A stretch of DNA of 63,622 nt, filler included, from Sanchytrium tribonematis (GCA_018985235.1; 7 parts of 7 records of this genome joined end to end with filler, not necessarily neighbours in it); one strand, 5' to 3'. Positions 51,101 through 62,278 are shown, numbered from the whole stretch's first letter. Program-made: numbers and translations. Notes: generated by a model not told the origin, from the sequence alone.

Positions 51101-52090
51101 ATGTTACTTTCAATTGCCATTTTCGCATCCTGTCACATCTTACCAATTCAACTTCAAAAAGCACTAAATAATGCAGTCGAATATGCACAAAGACATCAAG
51201 ACAAATTCATAGCATGTTTAGGTGAAGACACACCTGATTGTCAATCAGGTTTAAGTTAAATCAGGGAAGCCAGATATGGATGCATTTACAGCACATGGCT
51301 AAAAAATATAAAGACTGTCATGCATTTCTTTTTCGATATTTATTTGGTTCAAGTCATCAAATCGTAAAGCGAATGGATCTCGGAACAGAACTGTCTGATA
51401 CAGAAGTAAGGCACTCAATTGAAATTGAGCTACCCTCTCATCCTCAAATCGAAACACGGTGGCTAATATATGAAAATCTATTCCGTCATTTCAGTGAAAT
51501 CGTGAAATTGTTGTTGTTACTATTTCTTTCCATAGGTGGAACCGGTGCCTCAATTGCTGCTACTGTATTTGAAAATCAAGCAACAAATGATGCTTCTGTC
51601 ATTGCGGAACATGCTCGACAGGTATTAGAGACGACTAAAGCGATTTATAATGCAAATTGTCAATTTTCAGCTACTTGTAAAGATCTTCTCAAAGATTGTT
51701 CTACTTTTTGGGCTAGCTGTATTATGAATCCATTGATAGATCAAAATGGACAATGTATTATGTACGATCAAAAAGTTTACAAGCTTTGCGTTAAAAATGT
51801 GAAATCTGGTAATTGTGAAATTGTTCGTGATTCCAAATGGGATTCTCCAAGTTGTCTTGGATACGCAGAAACCAAATTAGCATTTAGGGAATCGGATTTC
51901 AATGAAAAGGAAAACACTGTAGGATTACATGCAGATCTCACTATTGCCTCTCTTGTTTTTGATTTTGCAGGTATTGCCTTGATTGGTTATTTATTAAATA
52001 ATTTGACAATGCTGGTAACTCAAGAAGATGCACCACCTAATGCACCAGATACAAGATTGCTATGCGATGCATTTTGTAATGCGCCTGTAT
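51101..52090 (+). CDS. Secreted/membrane Cys-rich protein with an apparent frameshift near 51250; 3'-truncated
   Basis: A signal-peptide ORF (51101-51259) overlaps a 2-TM Cys-rich ORF (51238 onward) ending PDTRLLCDAFCNAPV. Confidence 0.5.
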
Positions 52091-52190
52091 NNNNNNNNNN
52101 NNNNNNNNNNNNNNNNNNNNNNNNNNNNNNNNNNTTAATTAATTAANNNNNNNNNNNNNNNNNNNNNNNNNNNNNNNNNNNNNNNNNNNN
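52091..52190. other. Artificial contig linker
   Basis: N44-TTAATTAATTAA-N44. Confidence 0.98.
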
Positions 52191-54318
52191 TTAAATTCTT
52201 TAAAAACATTATTGACAACATTCAAACGAAGGTCATTATAAATTGATAATGCTAAATCTTTTTCATTTGAGTCTATGTAATTCTTGTACAAGCTTCCTGC
52301 AATCAGATAATTCATTTGAATCCAAATAGGACCTCTCCAATAATTTTCGCCTTGATGACTAAACTCATCAGTTAGCGCTAAAGATCGTATACCATATTTG
52401 GTCCAAACTTGTTCACTTTTAATAAATTCTAACACAGGTTTTAGATGATCGGATTTTTTGGGAATAAGTCCCAACATGAGTGGGTAAATTGTTAGGTAGC
52501 CCTTGTGACAAATATGTTCGGATTTGCTTTCAGGATTCACAGTCAGGTCACAATAACTTTTCTCATCTTCATTCCAAAAGATAGTTTCCAAGTTTTTGAT
52601 GCCATTTTTATAGTCCTTGGCAAATCTCTCAGTGTCTTTAGAAAGATTCATAATCGATGCTAGGTCTCCCAATAGTTTAGCATAATACGTCATCCAAGAT
52701 ATGAGATCTAAGTGAAGCTCAGCGGGGTGGGCTGGTGTAGCTCTTGGATAATCATCCATACCACTTCCAAATAAATGCGTCTCTGTTCTTCCTCTCCATC
52801 GAAACACAAAATCGTTGTCATATTCTCTATCATATTGATTGCAAATTCCACGTTGTGTGTTTAGGAACCACTCATAATTCTTTTTTAATTTCGGATACAA
52901 CACCGCAATTCGTTGGTATATGACTTCCAAATTTTCTTTTTGTTTAAATTCGTAAGTGTCGACTTCAAATTGTTTTGTATCCTTGTCAGACAAATAGGAG
53001 CTTATCTTTTTGGCTCTTTCTGCCATAGCCGCCAAAGGAATGACCAATGTCGGTGGGTTTCCAACGTAAGTGTATTGTGTTTGGAATTCTTCCGGGACCT
53101 TGCTTCTTGCCTCGTCGCCAAGAATTTGTTCTCTTGCAATCCAACCATCGTCATCCATCATACCAAACCAGGATTCAAGAATATCTAATCTATATTATTT
53201 AAAATCTACCCTATATTCTCATTAAATTTACCTATCATGAGCAAATGAAATCCTTCGTCCCAAATGAAGCCTCTCGGAAAGAACGATCGACTAGGGGTAG
53301 ATGAATATAATTCCTTCATATCTGAGAATTCAGGGTTTTCACTATCTCTACGATGACCCAACTTGTTCTTTTCAGGAGAAAGAGAGTCGTCGTTGTCGAA
53401 ATAGTCCGCAAACTGAGAGTCGTAAGGATCGAAGTCATCTTCAATAAGTGGGGTTTTGTCAAGAATGTAATTACCGCTAAAGTATCCAATTCCTCCAATT
53501 GTAGAAGCGATTGCGATTCTCGAATAGTTTAGGTATTCGGAACTAAATAGTTTGTTTCCTTTCTTTTTGGTAATTTTGTTGGTTGAAACGTCAAAATTTC
53601 TTTCAAAGTTCTCATTAAATTGTTCGACCAAGGCACTTGATCTTTCACTAAACGCCTTCGCCAATTTCTTCGCACCCTTAACCCCTTTTTCTGTGAAAGC
53701 AATTTTGAGCTCAAAATCACCTGCCGAAAGTTGTCGAAAAATCGCAAGATTTGAATTTTCTTCAAAGCTACTTTCAAAATAAAGGTTTTGATATTCCCTC
53801 ACTTTGTTTGTAAAATATTGTTCCGCCATCCAAACCTTTCCAGAATCAACTTTAAATCCACTGTGTTTTATCATTTTAGCGTCACTTTCTATATGTAAAC
53901 CAAAATCCTTATTATTATGATATCCTGTAAAGCTAAAGAATTCTGCATTATCTTCTTGATTTATGAAACCATTCTTGCTATCAGTTCCAATATAAAATGC
54001 TAAGCCAGTGGGGCTATCTTGGCTTGTTGTTTTACCCTGAATTTTAGCGACCCATTCGTGTCCAGTTCTAACCCACTCAACAGTAAGTTTCAGGCCTAAA
54101 TCGTTTATAATTTCTTTAGAGTAATTTTCGCCGTCATGGATATCATAATAGTAAGAGTGTTCATAATTATTATCACAAACATGTCTAATGTTGGGATTTG
54201 ATGCATTCCACCACATTAATCCAGCAATTAAACCATCAGGTTCTTTCGTACGTAAACCCCAATAAGATTGCGGTCTAGAAACCCAATCGAAATTAGCAAA
54301 TATAGGCTGCAGCAACAT
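52191..54318 (-). CDS. CWH41: Mannosyl-oligosaccharide glucosidase I (GH63); exons 54318-53210, 53189-52191, 3'-truncated
   Basis: PSRSFFPRGFIWDEGFH, GWIAREQILG, SGMDDYPR, YWRGPIW. A 20-nt intron restores ENIGLDILESWFGMMD. Confidence 0.93.
53190..53209 (-). other. 20-nt intron GTAGATTTTAAATAATATAG
   Basis: Removal skips the TAG and restores a conserved GH63 segment. Confidence 0.88.
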
Positions 54319-54468
54319 GGGGAAGTTTCGAATGCAAGTGGTGAATTTTGATAAATTGTTAACATGTCAAAATGTTTAGGCATTTGTTTGCTAAACATCC
54401 TATCAATTATTTAAATTTCATATATCACTGACTTGGTCACACCAAATTAGAAAGGAGAGTTTCTAACA

Positions 54469-56911
54469 ATGCAAATTGCAGAAGTTTTTGAGGTCGCTCA
54501 AAAACGAACAAATCAAAAAAATACCAAGTCTTTAATTAAAATACTGAAAGATTCAGATACATTAGAATTTTCTGACGAATTTTTACGAAATCTGTCGCTA
54601 TTTATGCCTGCCAAATCTAAAAACACGGAAGTTCGGAGACTGATTAAATTGACTAGCGATTTTATTGAAGCAATAGATTCCGAAGAATATTTTGAATTCA
54701 GCGACATAATTCTAAATGCTTTAGTTTTCGGTACGTCGTCTAAGGAAAAGCAAGTTCGAGTACATTGTATTACTCTAGCTGTTTCTATTCTCAAACATCT
54801 TCAAAGCATTGAGCCTGAAGTTTATAAGAAAATTAAGAATAAGTTTCAGAAAAGCCTAACAGATAATGAGTCCAATGTGAGGGTGAGTGCTGTAGAAGGA
54901 TGCTGTGTACTTTTGAAAACGGATGAAGGAGAGAACATACTAGAGCGTCTTTTGGATATGTTACAATGCGACCCTAGTGCTGAAGTTAGAAAAAAGCTTC
55001 TAGAGGAGCTTCCCTTATCAGATGTGACGATGCCCTTCATTTTTGGTAGAATTAGGGATATCGATGAAAATGTAAGAAGGGCCGTTTTGAAGAAAATTTC
55101 TGATGAAGTCCATAATTTTCAACAAATTCCTTCTGTTTGGAGAACCAAAATCCTAACGTTCGGGTTTACTGATAGATCTAAAACGGTGCTTAAAGAAGCG
55201 GAAATGCTGTTAATCAACAAGTGGTTACCAAGCATTGAGCTTAATTTTTTAAAATTTGTTTTGGATTCGGGTTTAAGAAATATTGATGTCTTGAAGAAAA
55301 TTCTTACTTGTGTTTTGAATGCTTTTCAAGACACTAAATTCGTTTTTGATGATGAATTTTGGTTTAACATTAGCTTTGAATCAGTTCTTATGCTTGAATC
55401 TTACCTTACAATTCTGAAAGACAGAAATGACGATGTTACAGAATGCTTACCACAATTAACTAATTTTGTTGATATTTTGAGAGAATGTAACTCATGTTTA
55501 TTTAGATTTGAAGACGTACTTAAAGTCTGAGTCGGATGATAATGAAGAGGTGATGCGAGCATTGTTAAAAATCCATAGATTTTACGATAGTGGTGATGTG
55601 TTTGGTGTGAACAAATTGTATGGTCTATCGCGTGACTTGCTTCTTTTACAAAAATGCCCAGTAGAGCTTGTGGATGATTTGCTAAATATTTTGAAATTTT
55701 CTACTGATAGTAATCATGAATATTCCGCGTGCTTGATTGAACTATTTAATACTGTAAAGGATGATTCTGAAAATATGGAAACAAATAAGAGGTTTTCTTT
55801 AAGTTTTAACGAAACTGAAACAGGAATTAGCCCCCAGTATCAGAATGCTGTTATGATAAAAGGCCTTAAGATTTTAGGCTGCATCCTTGCGTCCGATATA
55901 AGGCAAATCAAAGAATGGTTTAATGTTGAAGAAATTATGGCATCAATAATTTGGCCATATCTTGAAAACTCAGTCCCCATAGAAACTCGAATTGAAGCGT
56001 TACATTGCTTAGGCATTTTGGCAATTGCTTATGATGATGTCGCAGTTTCAAATATCAGAGGGATTACCGAATTGATATTTAAATCCACACAACCTATCCG
56101 GTCATTATCTCTCCAGATATTTATGGATTTACTGTACTATTGGAAGCCACAGAAGTTTAGTGATTTGGATATCACACAACTGCTCATCAATTGCTTAAAT
56201 ACCAGAAAGGATGACCTTCTCTCTCTTGCTGTTGAGGGAATTGTAAAACTTCTTATCAGCAAGAGGGTAAATTCGGTTGAATTGGTCGAAAATTTATTGA
56301 TTTTGTATTTTCATCCTAGAACCACTACATTACCAAGAGTTCGGCAGTGCCTGGCATATTTGTTCAGTGGTTGGACGAAGGGCGAACCAGGAAATGTCCG
56401 GATTTTGTCAGATTTGTTGCTTCAAGTTTTGCTTAAGTTATTTCAAATTCATTCTCAAAACTCTGACTTGAACATGCTGGATCCGGCTGATATCGCGGCT
56501 CAAATTATTGATTGGATTGACCCTAGAAAAGCGTTCGAATCAGAAGATCAATTTGACTTTGGATATCAATGTGATATAGTTCAAAATTTGTTAAGAAATA
56601 TGTTTTCGTATACCCAGCTCCAGCTTCGATATAGTTCTGCGATCCTATCAAAGTTTTATATAGAAAAGGCTGGTAATGAGCGGCTGGCTGCTAATCTTCT
56701 ATACTTGGAGCTTTTGATGGAAAATATATCTGACAGCTCAGTGTTCACAACTCTTAAGCGATATAAGACTAGCACTGCGAAATTAGTTTTCAAAAGTTAT
56801 AAACTACCTGCAGACTTGGAAGACAAAATCAGGAGGGATGTTAATCAGCTTATTACTGGAGACAACAAAGTCTTGGAATTTGGAACTCCCTCAAAATCAA
56901 TTTTAGAATAA
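54469..56911 (+). CDS. YCG1: Condensin subunit CAP-G/Ycg1; exons 54469-55486, 55506-56911
   Basis: HEAT repeats, DPSAEVR, RIRDIDENVRR, AVEGIVKL, LYFHP..RVRQCLAYLF. A 19-nt intron joins the two ORFs. Confidence 0.9.
55487..55505 (+). other. 19-nt intron GTAACTCATGTTTATTTAG
   Basis: Phase-1 removal gives RE-Y-LKTYLK and fuses the two CAP-G ORFs. Confidence 0.85.
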
Positions 56912-56912
56912 A

Positions 56913-57323
56913 TCATTCTTTATTAGGCAGACACAGCAATGCAGCGTTCCGATTTTCGGTGGAAAGAATTCCATGCGTTGAAATTGCATTTTTTGTCAGC
57001 ATGGTCTCGAAAGAAATTCCGAATTCAGTTAGCCTTTTTTGAATTTCAATGGGTAAACGGAGAGAATTGGATCCGGTACCAAATATTAAAAGGTTTGGAC
57101 GCAATTGCTTCCAAAGCTCGATATGGTCTATATCAAATGTATCTGCATTCCACTTCAAGACCATATTTTTGTACAGAGCAATAGGACCTGCAAAATTCTT
57201 GCCATCACTAAGCGTAAATTTTCCATTACTGTAGCTTGATACAACTAGGTTTTGAGAGCCCTCTGCTAGAAAATCCATTTGGGTTGGTTTAAACTTCTGC
57301 AGTACAAACCCTCCAAGTTTCAT
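56913..57323 (-). CDS. NDUFAF3/Mth938-like complex I assembly factor
   Basis: GPIAL..LKW, PNLLIFGTG, GISFETMLTKNAIST..L..ENR. Confidence 0.82.
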   Translation of the reverse strand: MKLGGFVLQKFKPTQMDFLAEGSQNLVVSSYSNGKFTLSDGKNFAGPIALYKNMVLKWNADTFDIDHIELWKQLRPNLLIFGTGSNSLRLPIEIQKRLTEFGISFETMLTKNAISTHGILSTENRNAALLCLPNKE

Positions 57324-57771
57324 GCGAAGCTGGATTTCTCAAGTCAAGAAATTAAATATGATAGCTGTACAGACAGTCAGCTGGGGATCATTATTTGCTC
57401 ATTTAGTTGCATCTCCTGCGTTGGGAGTTGGTGACTCGATGTTGCCTGTCATTGAACCAAATTCCATAATTCTTGTACAAAAATGGTTTTCATCTTCTAA
57501 AATAAAAGTTGGAGATATTGTTGCGTGCCAGAGTCCAGTGGAGCCCGCAAAGTATGTATGCAAACGAGTTGCTGGGGTTGCAGGAGATACTGTCATCATC
57601 GATTCACATTCGTCCTCTTCTAGGTGTATTAAAATAACAAGTAATCATGTATTTTTAAGAGGAGAAAATCATCAAAAAAGCTTTGACTCGCGCTCATATG
57701 GACCTGTCCCATTGCAAAATATAGTGGGTATTGTAAGGTTTTCAATATTTCCAAAATTTAAATTTCTTTAA
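57322..57771 (+). CDS. IMP1: Mitochondrial inner membrane peptidase subunit 1 (S26)
   Basis: GDSMLP, GDIV..SP, CKRVAG, GENHQKSFDSRSYGPVP. Confidence 0.85.
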   Translation: MRSWISQVKKLNMIAVQTVSWGSLFAHLVASPALGVGDSMLPVIEPNSIILVQKWFSSSKIKVGDIVACQSPVEPAKYVCKRVAGVAGDTVIIDSHSSSSRCIKITSNHVFLRGENHQKSFDSRSYGPVPLQNIVGIVRFSIFPKFKFL

Positions 57772-57790
57772 ATCTCCTCGTTTTAAACTA

Positions 57791-57862
57791 ATGTCGACTC
57801 CAATTATTGTGGGACTTACAGTTGGAATTTCTGCATTGGTCGCTAGAAAAGCATTATCTATG
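57791..57862 (+). CDS. N-terminus of a possible Pam18/Tim14 J-protein, truncated
   Basis: MSTPIIVGLTVGISALVARKAL resembles Tim14 N-termini; only 24 codons are visible. Confidence 0.45.
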
Positions 57863-57962
57863 NNNNNNNNNNNNNNNNNNNNNNNNNNNNNNNNNNNNNN
57901 NNNNNNTTAATTAATTAANNNNNNNNNNNNNNNNNNNNNNNNNNNNNNNNNNNNNNNNNNNN
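57863..57962. other. Artificial contig linker
   Basis: N44-TTAATTAATTAA-N44. Confidence 0.98.
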
Positions 57963-58380
57963 GCCAAATATTTTCCTCCGCAAACTTGGATATTCAAATC
58001 TTCCCAATTTATTTCCTCCATAGTTTGATGTCGAAGAAAATTTTTATTTTTGAGACGCTCTCACTTTCAATGTTTAAGACATTCTATTTATTACCAATTT
58101 ATATTAAGCAGATTTCGATTATCATTGGAATCCTTGGTTCAAAAGTGGAAGCCTGATTATGAGAGTGTGTCTTGTGTAATTCCCATTTGCGGCGTTGTTC
58201 CAAAAATAAATTCAGATTTGCAACATTAAACACTTTCAAATAATTATTTGATCAGCGTCAGTATTAAATGAATCCCAAGTATATCTAGAAAAACGCCTAG
58301 TCAATTTAACTAAGAAGATGATTGGTCATGGCCACTATTGAAAACAATTTCATCACCACTCAACCCCTCGTGGAGAGAAG

Positions 58381-59148
58381 ATGCAATGGAACAGATTGCC
58401 AGCGAACGCTCAAGATAACATTCTATCCTACAGCGGATTTTATGGCTGCCTTCTGCTTAATAATTATAAATGTGCAAAGAAAATAAGAACGAGAAAACCA
58501 CTTTACATGGAGCTCGAGATAAAATATGAAAACTCTAATGATTCATACCTAAAATGTGTCATTCATTTTGATGGAGAGTGGAAATTTGGAATAGTAAAGT
58601 CAGATGGGACCGTTGAGCAGATAACATGGATGTTTGTCAGCAATTATCACTCATTATCGAATCTTTTACATCAACCAGTCGCAGCTATGTTTAATGAAAA
58701 GCAAGAGCCGATTATGGTAAGCTGTTGGTACAGTTTTGAACCATTACAGCAAACTTTTAGCATGGGAAAATACGCGTTCGTGCCTAAAAAATTGGACAAG
58801 TGTGCCATGATTTTGAATACATTGTTAAGCACCTACATTCAGATTGATGAGATGAAATTGACAAAAAAATTAGAATTGCCTCTATTGACAATCAGTAATA
58901 TGGCTATTGCGGTAATGCATTTTAGGGAATTTGTTTTAGTGCGTCAAGCTGATGACAATCAATATCTTTGCGTTTACTTTAGTCACGATTCCCAACTTAT
59001 TGACCTAGTTTCCACCTTGCTATTGCATCACAAACAAAAATTTCATATCAGCTCTGATTTTACATCAAATTTATGGCTTGTGGGATATGGCAAACAGCGG
59101 GAATTCACAAATGGACTTCAATCCTTGAAAGAAACAAGATTTCAGTAA
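58381..59148 (+). CDS. Hypothetical protein with F-box-like N-terminus
   Basis: WNRLPANAQDNILSY. Confidence 0.55.
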   Translation: MQWNRLPANAQDNILSYSGFYGCLLLNNYKCAKKIRTRKPLYMELEIKYENSNDSYLKCVIHFDGEWKFGIVKSDGTVEQITWMFVSNYHSLSNLLHQPVAAMFNEKQEPIMVSCWYSFEPLQQTFSMGKYAFVPKKLDKCAMILNTLLSTYIQIDEMKLTKKLELPLLTISNMAIAVMHFREFVLVRQADDNQYLCVYFSHDSQLIDLVSTLLLHHKQKFHISSDFTSNLWLVGYGKQREFTNGLQSLKETRFQ

Positions 59149-59238
59149 TTATATTAATAAATCATCAAGTTCAACAATACGAATGTTTGCTATTAGTAAA
59201 ATTACAATTTTTGAAACAACAAATTTTTATTTATTTCA

Positions 59239-60222
59239 ATGAATTATTTTTGTCACCAATGCCATCAACCTACATCCCAGATACCATGCGAAAGATGTCA
59301 AAGTGAATTTGTCGAGGAGATGGCCACAATAGACCCCATAGAAGAAGTCAGTCACGCTTTTTTTCGAGCAATGCAAAATAATAGCCAAAATCGAGGAGCT
59401 CAACCACCAAACCATAGCAATAACAGTAGTTCTGGAACTAATCGACATTCTGGACCTCAACCTTCGCCAGAAAATAGAGAAGAATTTCCATTTCCAGGTT
59501 TTTCATTTTCGTTTCAGACGAACCGAAGCACAGAAAACAGAGGTAGTGAAAATCAGCAAGGATCTCAAGATATGCTATTTAATATATTTGATTTAATCAA
59601 TTCTGTGGGAGATGGTTTTCAGATGGGAGGCGAAGGTGGTCTAAATGAGCTTCTGAATCAATTATTTCAGCAGCACGAGGCTCCTCAAAGGACTGTGCCT
59701 AAAAATGTTCTAGATTCCCTAAAGAAGAAGGAATTTTTAACTCCTCGAGACTGTGCAATTTGTCAAGATTCTTTGGAGTTTGGACTTGAATTAAGATGTA
59801 AACATTGTTATCATGAAGACTGTATAAAGGAATGGTTTAAACAGCAAAATACTTGTCCAGTTTGTAGGGCAAAGGTTTGTGAAGATGAGGATTGTGATCC
59901 TATAGAACGTCCAACTAGCGTTCCTCCACCAAGACGAAGAGATAATCCACAGCACAACAGAAGCAGAAGTTTACCGCGAGATCCATTCTCATTATTTATT
60001 GATACTAGCAATTCTGATAGAAGCCCTGTTAGTCCACCTATAAGGCGAAGATATATTCAACCAGGTGACCATGGATTTGTTATGATGGAACAAGACGATT
60101 TGGATACATCACAAGATGGCATCGAACAGCAAAATCCACCTTCTACTACACAAAATGAAGAAACTCCGCCACCTCCAAGACGCAGATCATTCTTCAGCCG
60201 CCTGTTTCATTCCGGAAACTAA
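59239..60222 (+). CDS. RING-H2 E3 ligase, RNF126/RNF115-like
   Basis: N-terminal YFCHQC..CERCQSEFVEE finger; CAIC..CKHCYH..C..W..CPVCR RING. Confidence 0.9.
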   Translation: MNYFCHQCHQPTSQIPCERCQSEFVEEMATIDPIEEVSHAFFRAMQNNSQNRGAQPPNHSNNSSSGTNRHSGPQPSPENREEFPFPGFSFSFQTNRSTENRGSENQQGSQDMLFNIFDLINSVGDGFQMGGEGGLNELLNQLFQQHEAPQRTVPKNVLDSLKKKEFLTPRDCAICQDSLEFGLELRCKHCYHEDCIKEWFKQQNTCPVCRAKVCEDEDCDPIERPTSVPPPRRRDNPQHNRSRSLPRDPFSLFIDTSNSDRSPVSPPIRRRYIQPGDHGFVMMEQDDLDTSQDGIEQQNPPSTTQNEETPPPPRRRSFFSRLFHSGN

Positions 60223-60835
60223 TGGAATACCATATATTAAATTAAAGTAGAACAACTTTTAGAAATTGATTAAAGATAAATTGATTATTTTATCTCACTA
60301 CTTTATCGATTTTGACGGATTAAATTTAGCTTATTAATTTGAGAAATTTACAGGACGTAATAATCTGATGGAATTTTAATCTTTTCGGTTCTATCTAATA
60401 TTAAAATTAATGCCAAATGTTTACATTAATCATACTATTTATATAAATAAGATTGCCCTTTACAACCAAATTAATTTTTTCCCCGATGATATCAAAATCT
60501 TTGTTAAGAGAGTTTTATGGCATCAAAGAGCTTAAAAACATCACTGGTAAAGCATTGTTTTGCAAGTTCGTATGGTATAAATTTGGGTTTTGATAATTTA
60601 TCTGCACTGATGGCAACATTTTTCCATTTTTCAATCGATATATTATATCTACCTTCGATTCAATATATCAAAAACAATTTCATCATATAAGTGAATAAAA
60701 TCACCTTTTTAACAACACTTAAAGTTTTTACAGTTTTTTAATACATTGGATATAAAACAAAATTCTCTTATTTTTGTAAAACTAACAGAAACATGCAATT
60801 AAGCAAAATAGATATCTTATTTGATCATTAGGAAT

Positions 60836-61183
60836 TTATTTCTTCGAAATTGCACTACTTGTCGATGACTCGATTTCTTTTTTCTTACTGAAGTAATGGT
60901 AATCCAAATATCTATAACCTTGAACCAGTTGAGCAATTTCGTTTGTAAAGTGACATGCAAATAATAGATTGTTTCTAGGTTGAACTTTAATAGCAAATCT
61001 CATAAATAATACAGAATATGCAGCTAATGCTATTGTCATGTTTCCACTGATAAATTCTGGTGATTTTTGAGTATCTGCAATAGCAGCTAATGGAAGACCC
61101 CAATTGAATACTGGACCCCAGAAATGAGTTGAGGTCAAATACTTTCTAGTCTCCGGAGATTTGAGGGCAGAGAATATTGACAT
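60836..61183 (-). CDS. MPC1: Mitochondrial pyruvate carrier 1
   Basis: [44 protein letters not shown]. Confidence 0.95.
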   Translation of the reverse strand: MSIFSALKSPETRKYLTSTHFWGPVFNWGLPLAAIADTQKSPEFISGNMTIALAAYSVLFMRFAIKVQPRNNLLFACHFTNEIAQLVQGYRYLDYHYFSKKKEIESSTSSAISKK

Positions 61184-61681
61184 GTGTGTCAAAAAATTCT
61201 CAGCAAATTGGAAACGATATTAAGATTTCAATGCAAACGGACTTAATTTAATTGACTCGTGCAAGTAGCAAACAATAAGGACTAGACATATTGGTTTACA
61301 AATCCAAGATTAACGTTGCTGTAATGGACCATTATCAGGTAAAATCATCATCATTTGCAGTCCAGTGTTAATAGAAATTTGGTAGCGGGTGGATTGGCCC
61401 AACAGATGGTCGCATTTTCCTTCATTCGAAGCCAAGGAAATCAAGATTTCTTCGCCAGAAAATTGTTCTTGTAGCAACTTTGCCCTATCCTAAAGTAAGT
61501 TAATAGAAATTCCGAACAAGACTCTAGTAGTATTATTGCCTCATTTCATCTGGAATTTTGGAATACATTTGTACAATGGATAAGCAGCATTTTAAGGAAA
61601 TAGTTTCCATTCTGTCCTAAATGGGAATTATTAGATGTGATTCACCTCGAAGTTGTACCATTTTTGGAGTAGTAAATTGAT

Positions 61682-62278
61682 TTATTGATATCCATTCATT
61701 AGCGCCGCTTCCATCAAATCCCTCTGTCTTTCAAATCCTTCCATATCATCACGAGGATCCACAAATTTTAATGGAAATAAGCCTTGTGCGCGGTATGACA
61801 TGATGCAATCTTCCAAATCGGTTGGTTCCCTGTTTGCAAAAGGCGAATCGGGATGGACTATAAACTTGTGTGCTCCATTGCGACAACGAAATAGGGTCGA
61901 AGACGAAATTTGATATTTCTTTTGGGGATTATACGAAATGGCATTATACACCAATTGGTGGTATCGATATAAATATTCCATGATTTTAGGACGACATGGC
62001 TCGCACTTAATGTATTTGGCTTTCCATTCATCTGGAATGTCTTGGTCAATGGAGTTCAATACAAAATAATGATGGAGATCTCCATCTGGATATTCTGCTT
62101 CTATCTCTCGCAATTGGATATTTTGATCATCACCAGGTAATTTATACCAAATTTCTCTAATCAGGTATTTATGCTCTTCTAGTTCAGCATATTTAGAATC
62201 ATCTTTCAGTACCGATTTAACATATGACCCACTTTTATCACTGCACATTTTCTTTTCATTTTTTGAATTACTAGACAC
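61682..62278 (-). CDS. Hypothetical protein (frame open to 62353; a 5' exon is possible)
   Basis: 198-aa ORF with no recognised motif. Confidence 0.5.
   Translation of the reverse strand: MSSNSKNEKKMCSDKSGSYVKSVLKDDSKYAELEEHKYLIREIWYKLPGDDQNIQLREIEAEYPDGDLHHYFVLNSIDQDIPDEWKAKYIKCEPCRPKIMEYLYRYHQLVYNAISYNPQKKYQISSSTLFRCRNGAHKFIVHPDSPFANREPTDLEDCIMSYRAQGLFPLKFVDPRDDMEGFERQRDLMEAALMNGYQ

Noticed and set aside
51249..51264. 16-nt intron GTTTAAGTTAAATCAG
   Set aside because: Splicing leads to a stop after about 12 codons and does not join the downstream ORF.
55516..55531. 16-nt intron GTACTTAAAGTCTGAG in CAP-G
   Set aside because: It also restores the frame but ends in GAG and lacks the -6 A. 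The 19-nt intron 55487-55505 fits the consensus.
194..56911. Alternative genetic code (TAA/TAG = Gln, as in some aphelids) as the cause of split ORFs
   Set aside because: Conserved genes such as RBG1 and RPL30 end at TAA at the expected position, and the split ORFs change frame, which readthrough cannot explain.
28845..57962. Six identical TTAATTAATTAA elements at near-regular spacing, as a biological repeat or array
   Set aside because: They are flanked by exactly 44 Ns each side and stop all six frames. The intervening contigs fall in descending length (5738, 5729, 5696, 5683, 5672, 5660), so this is a concatenation artefact and cross-linker synteny is meaningless.
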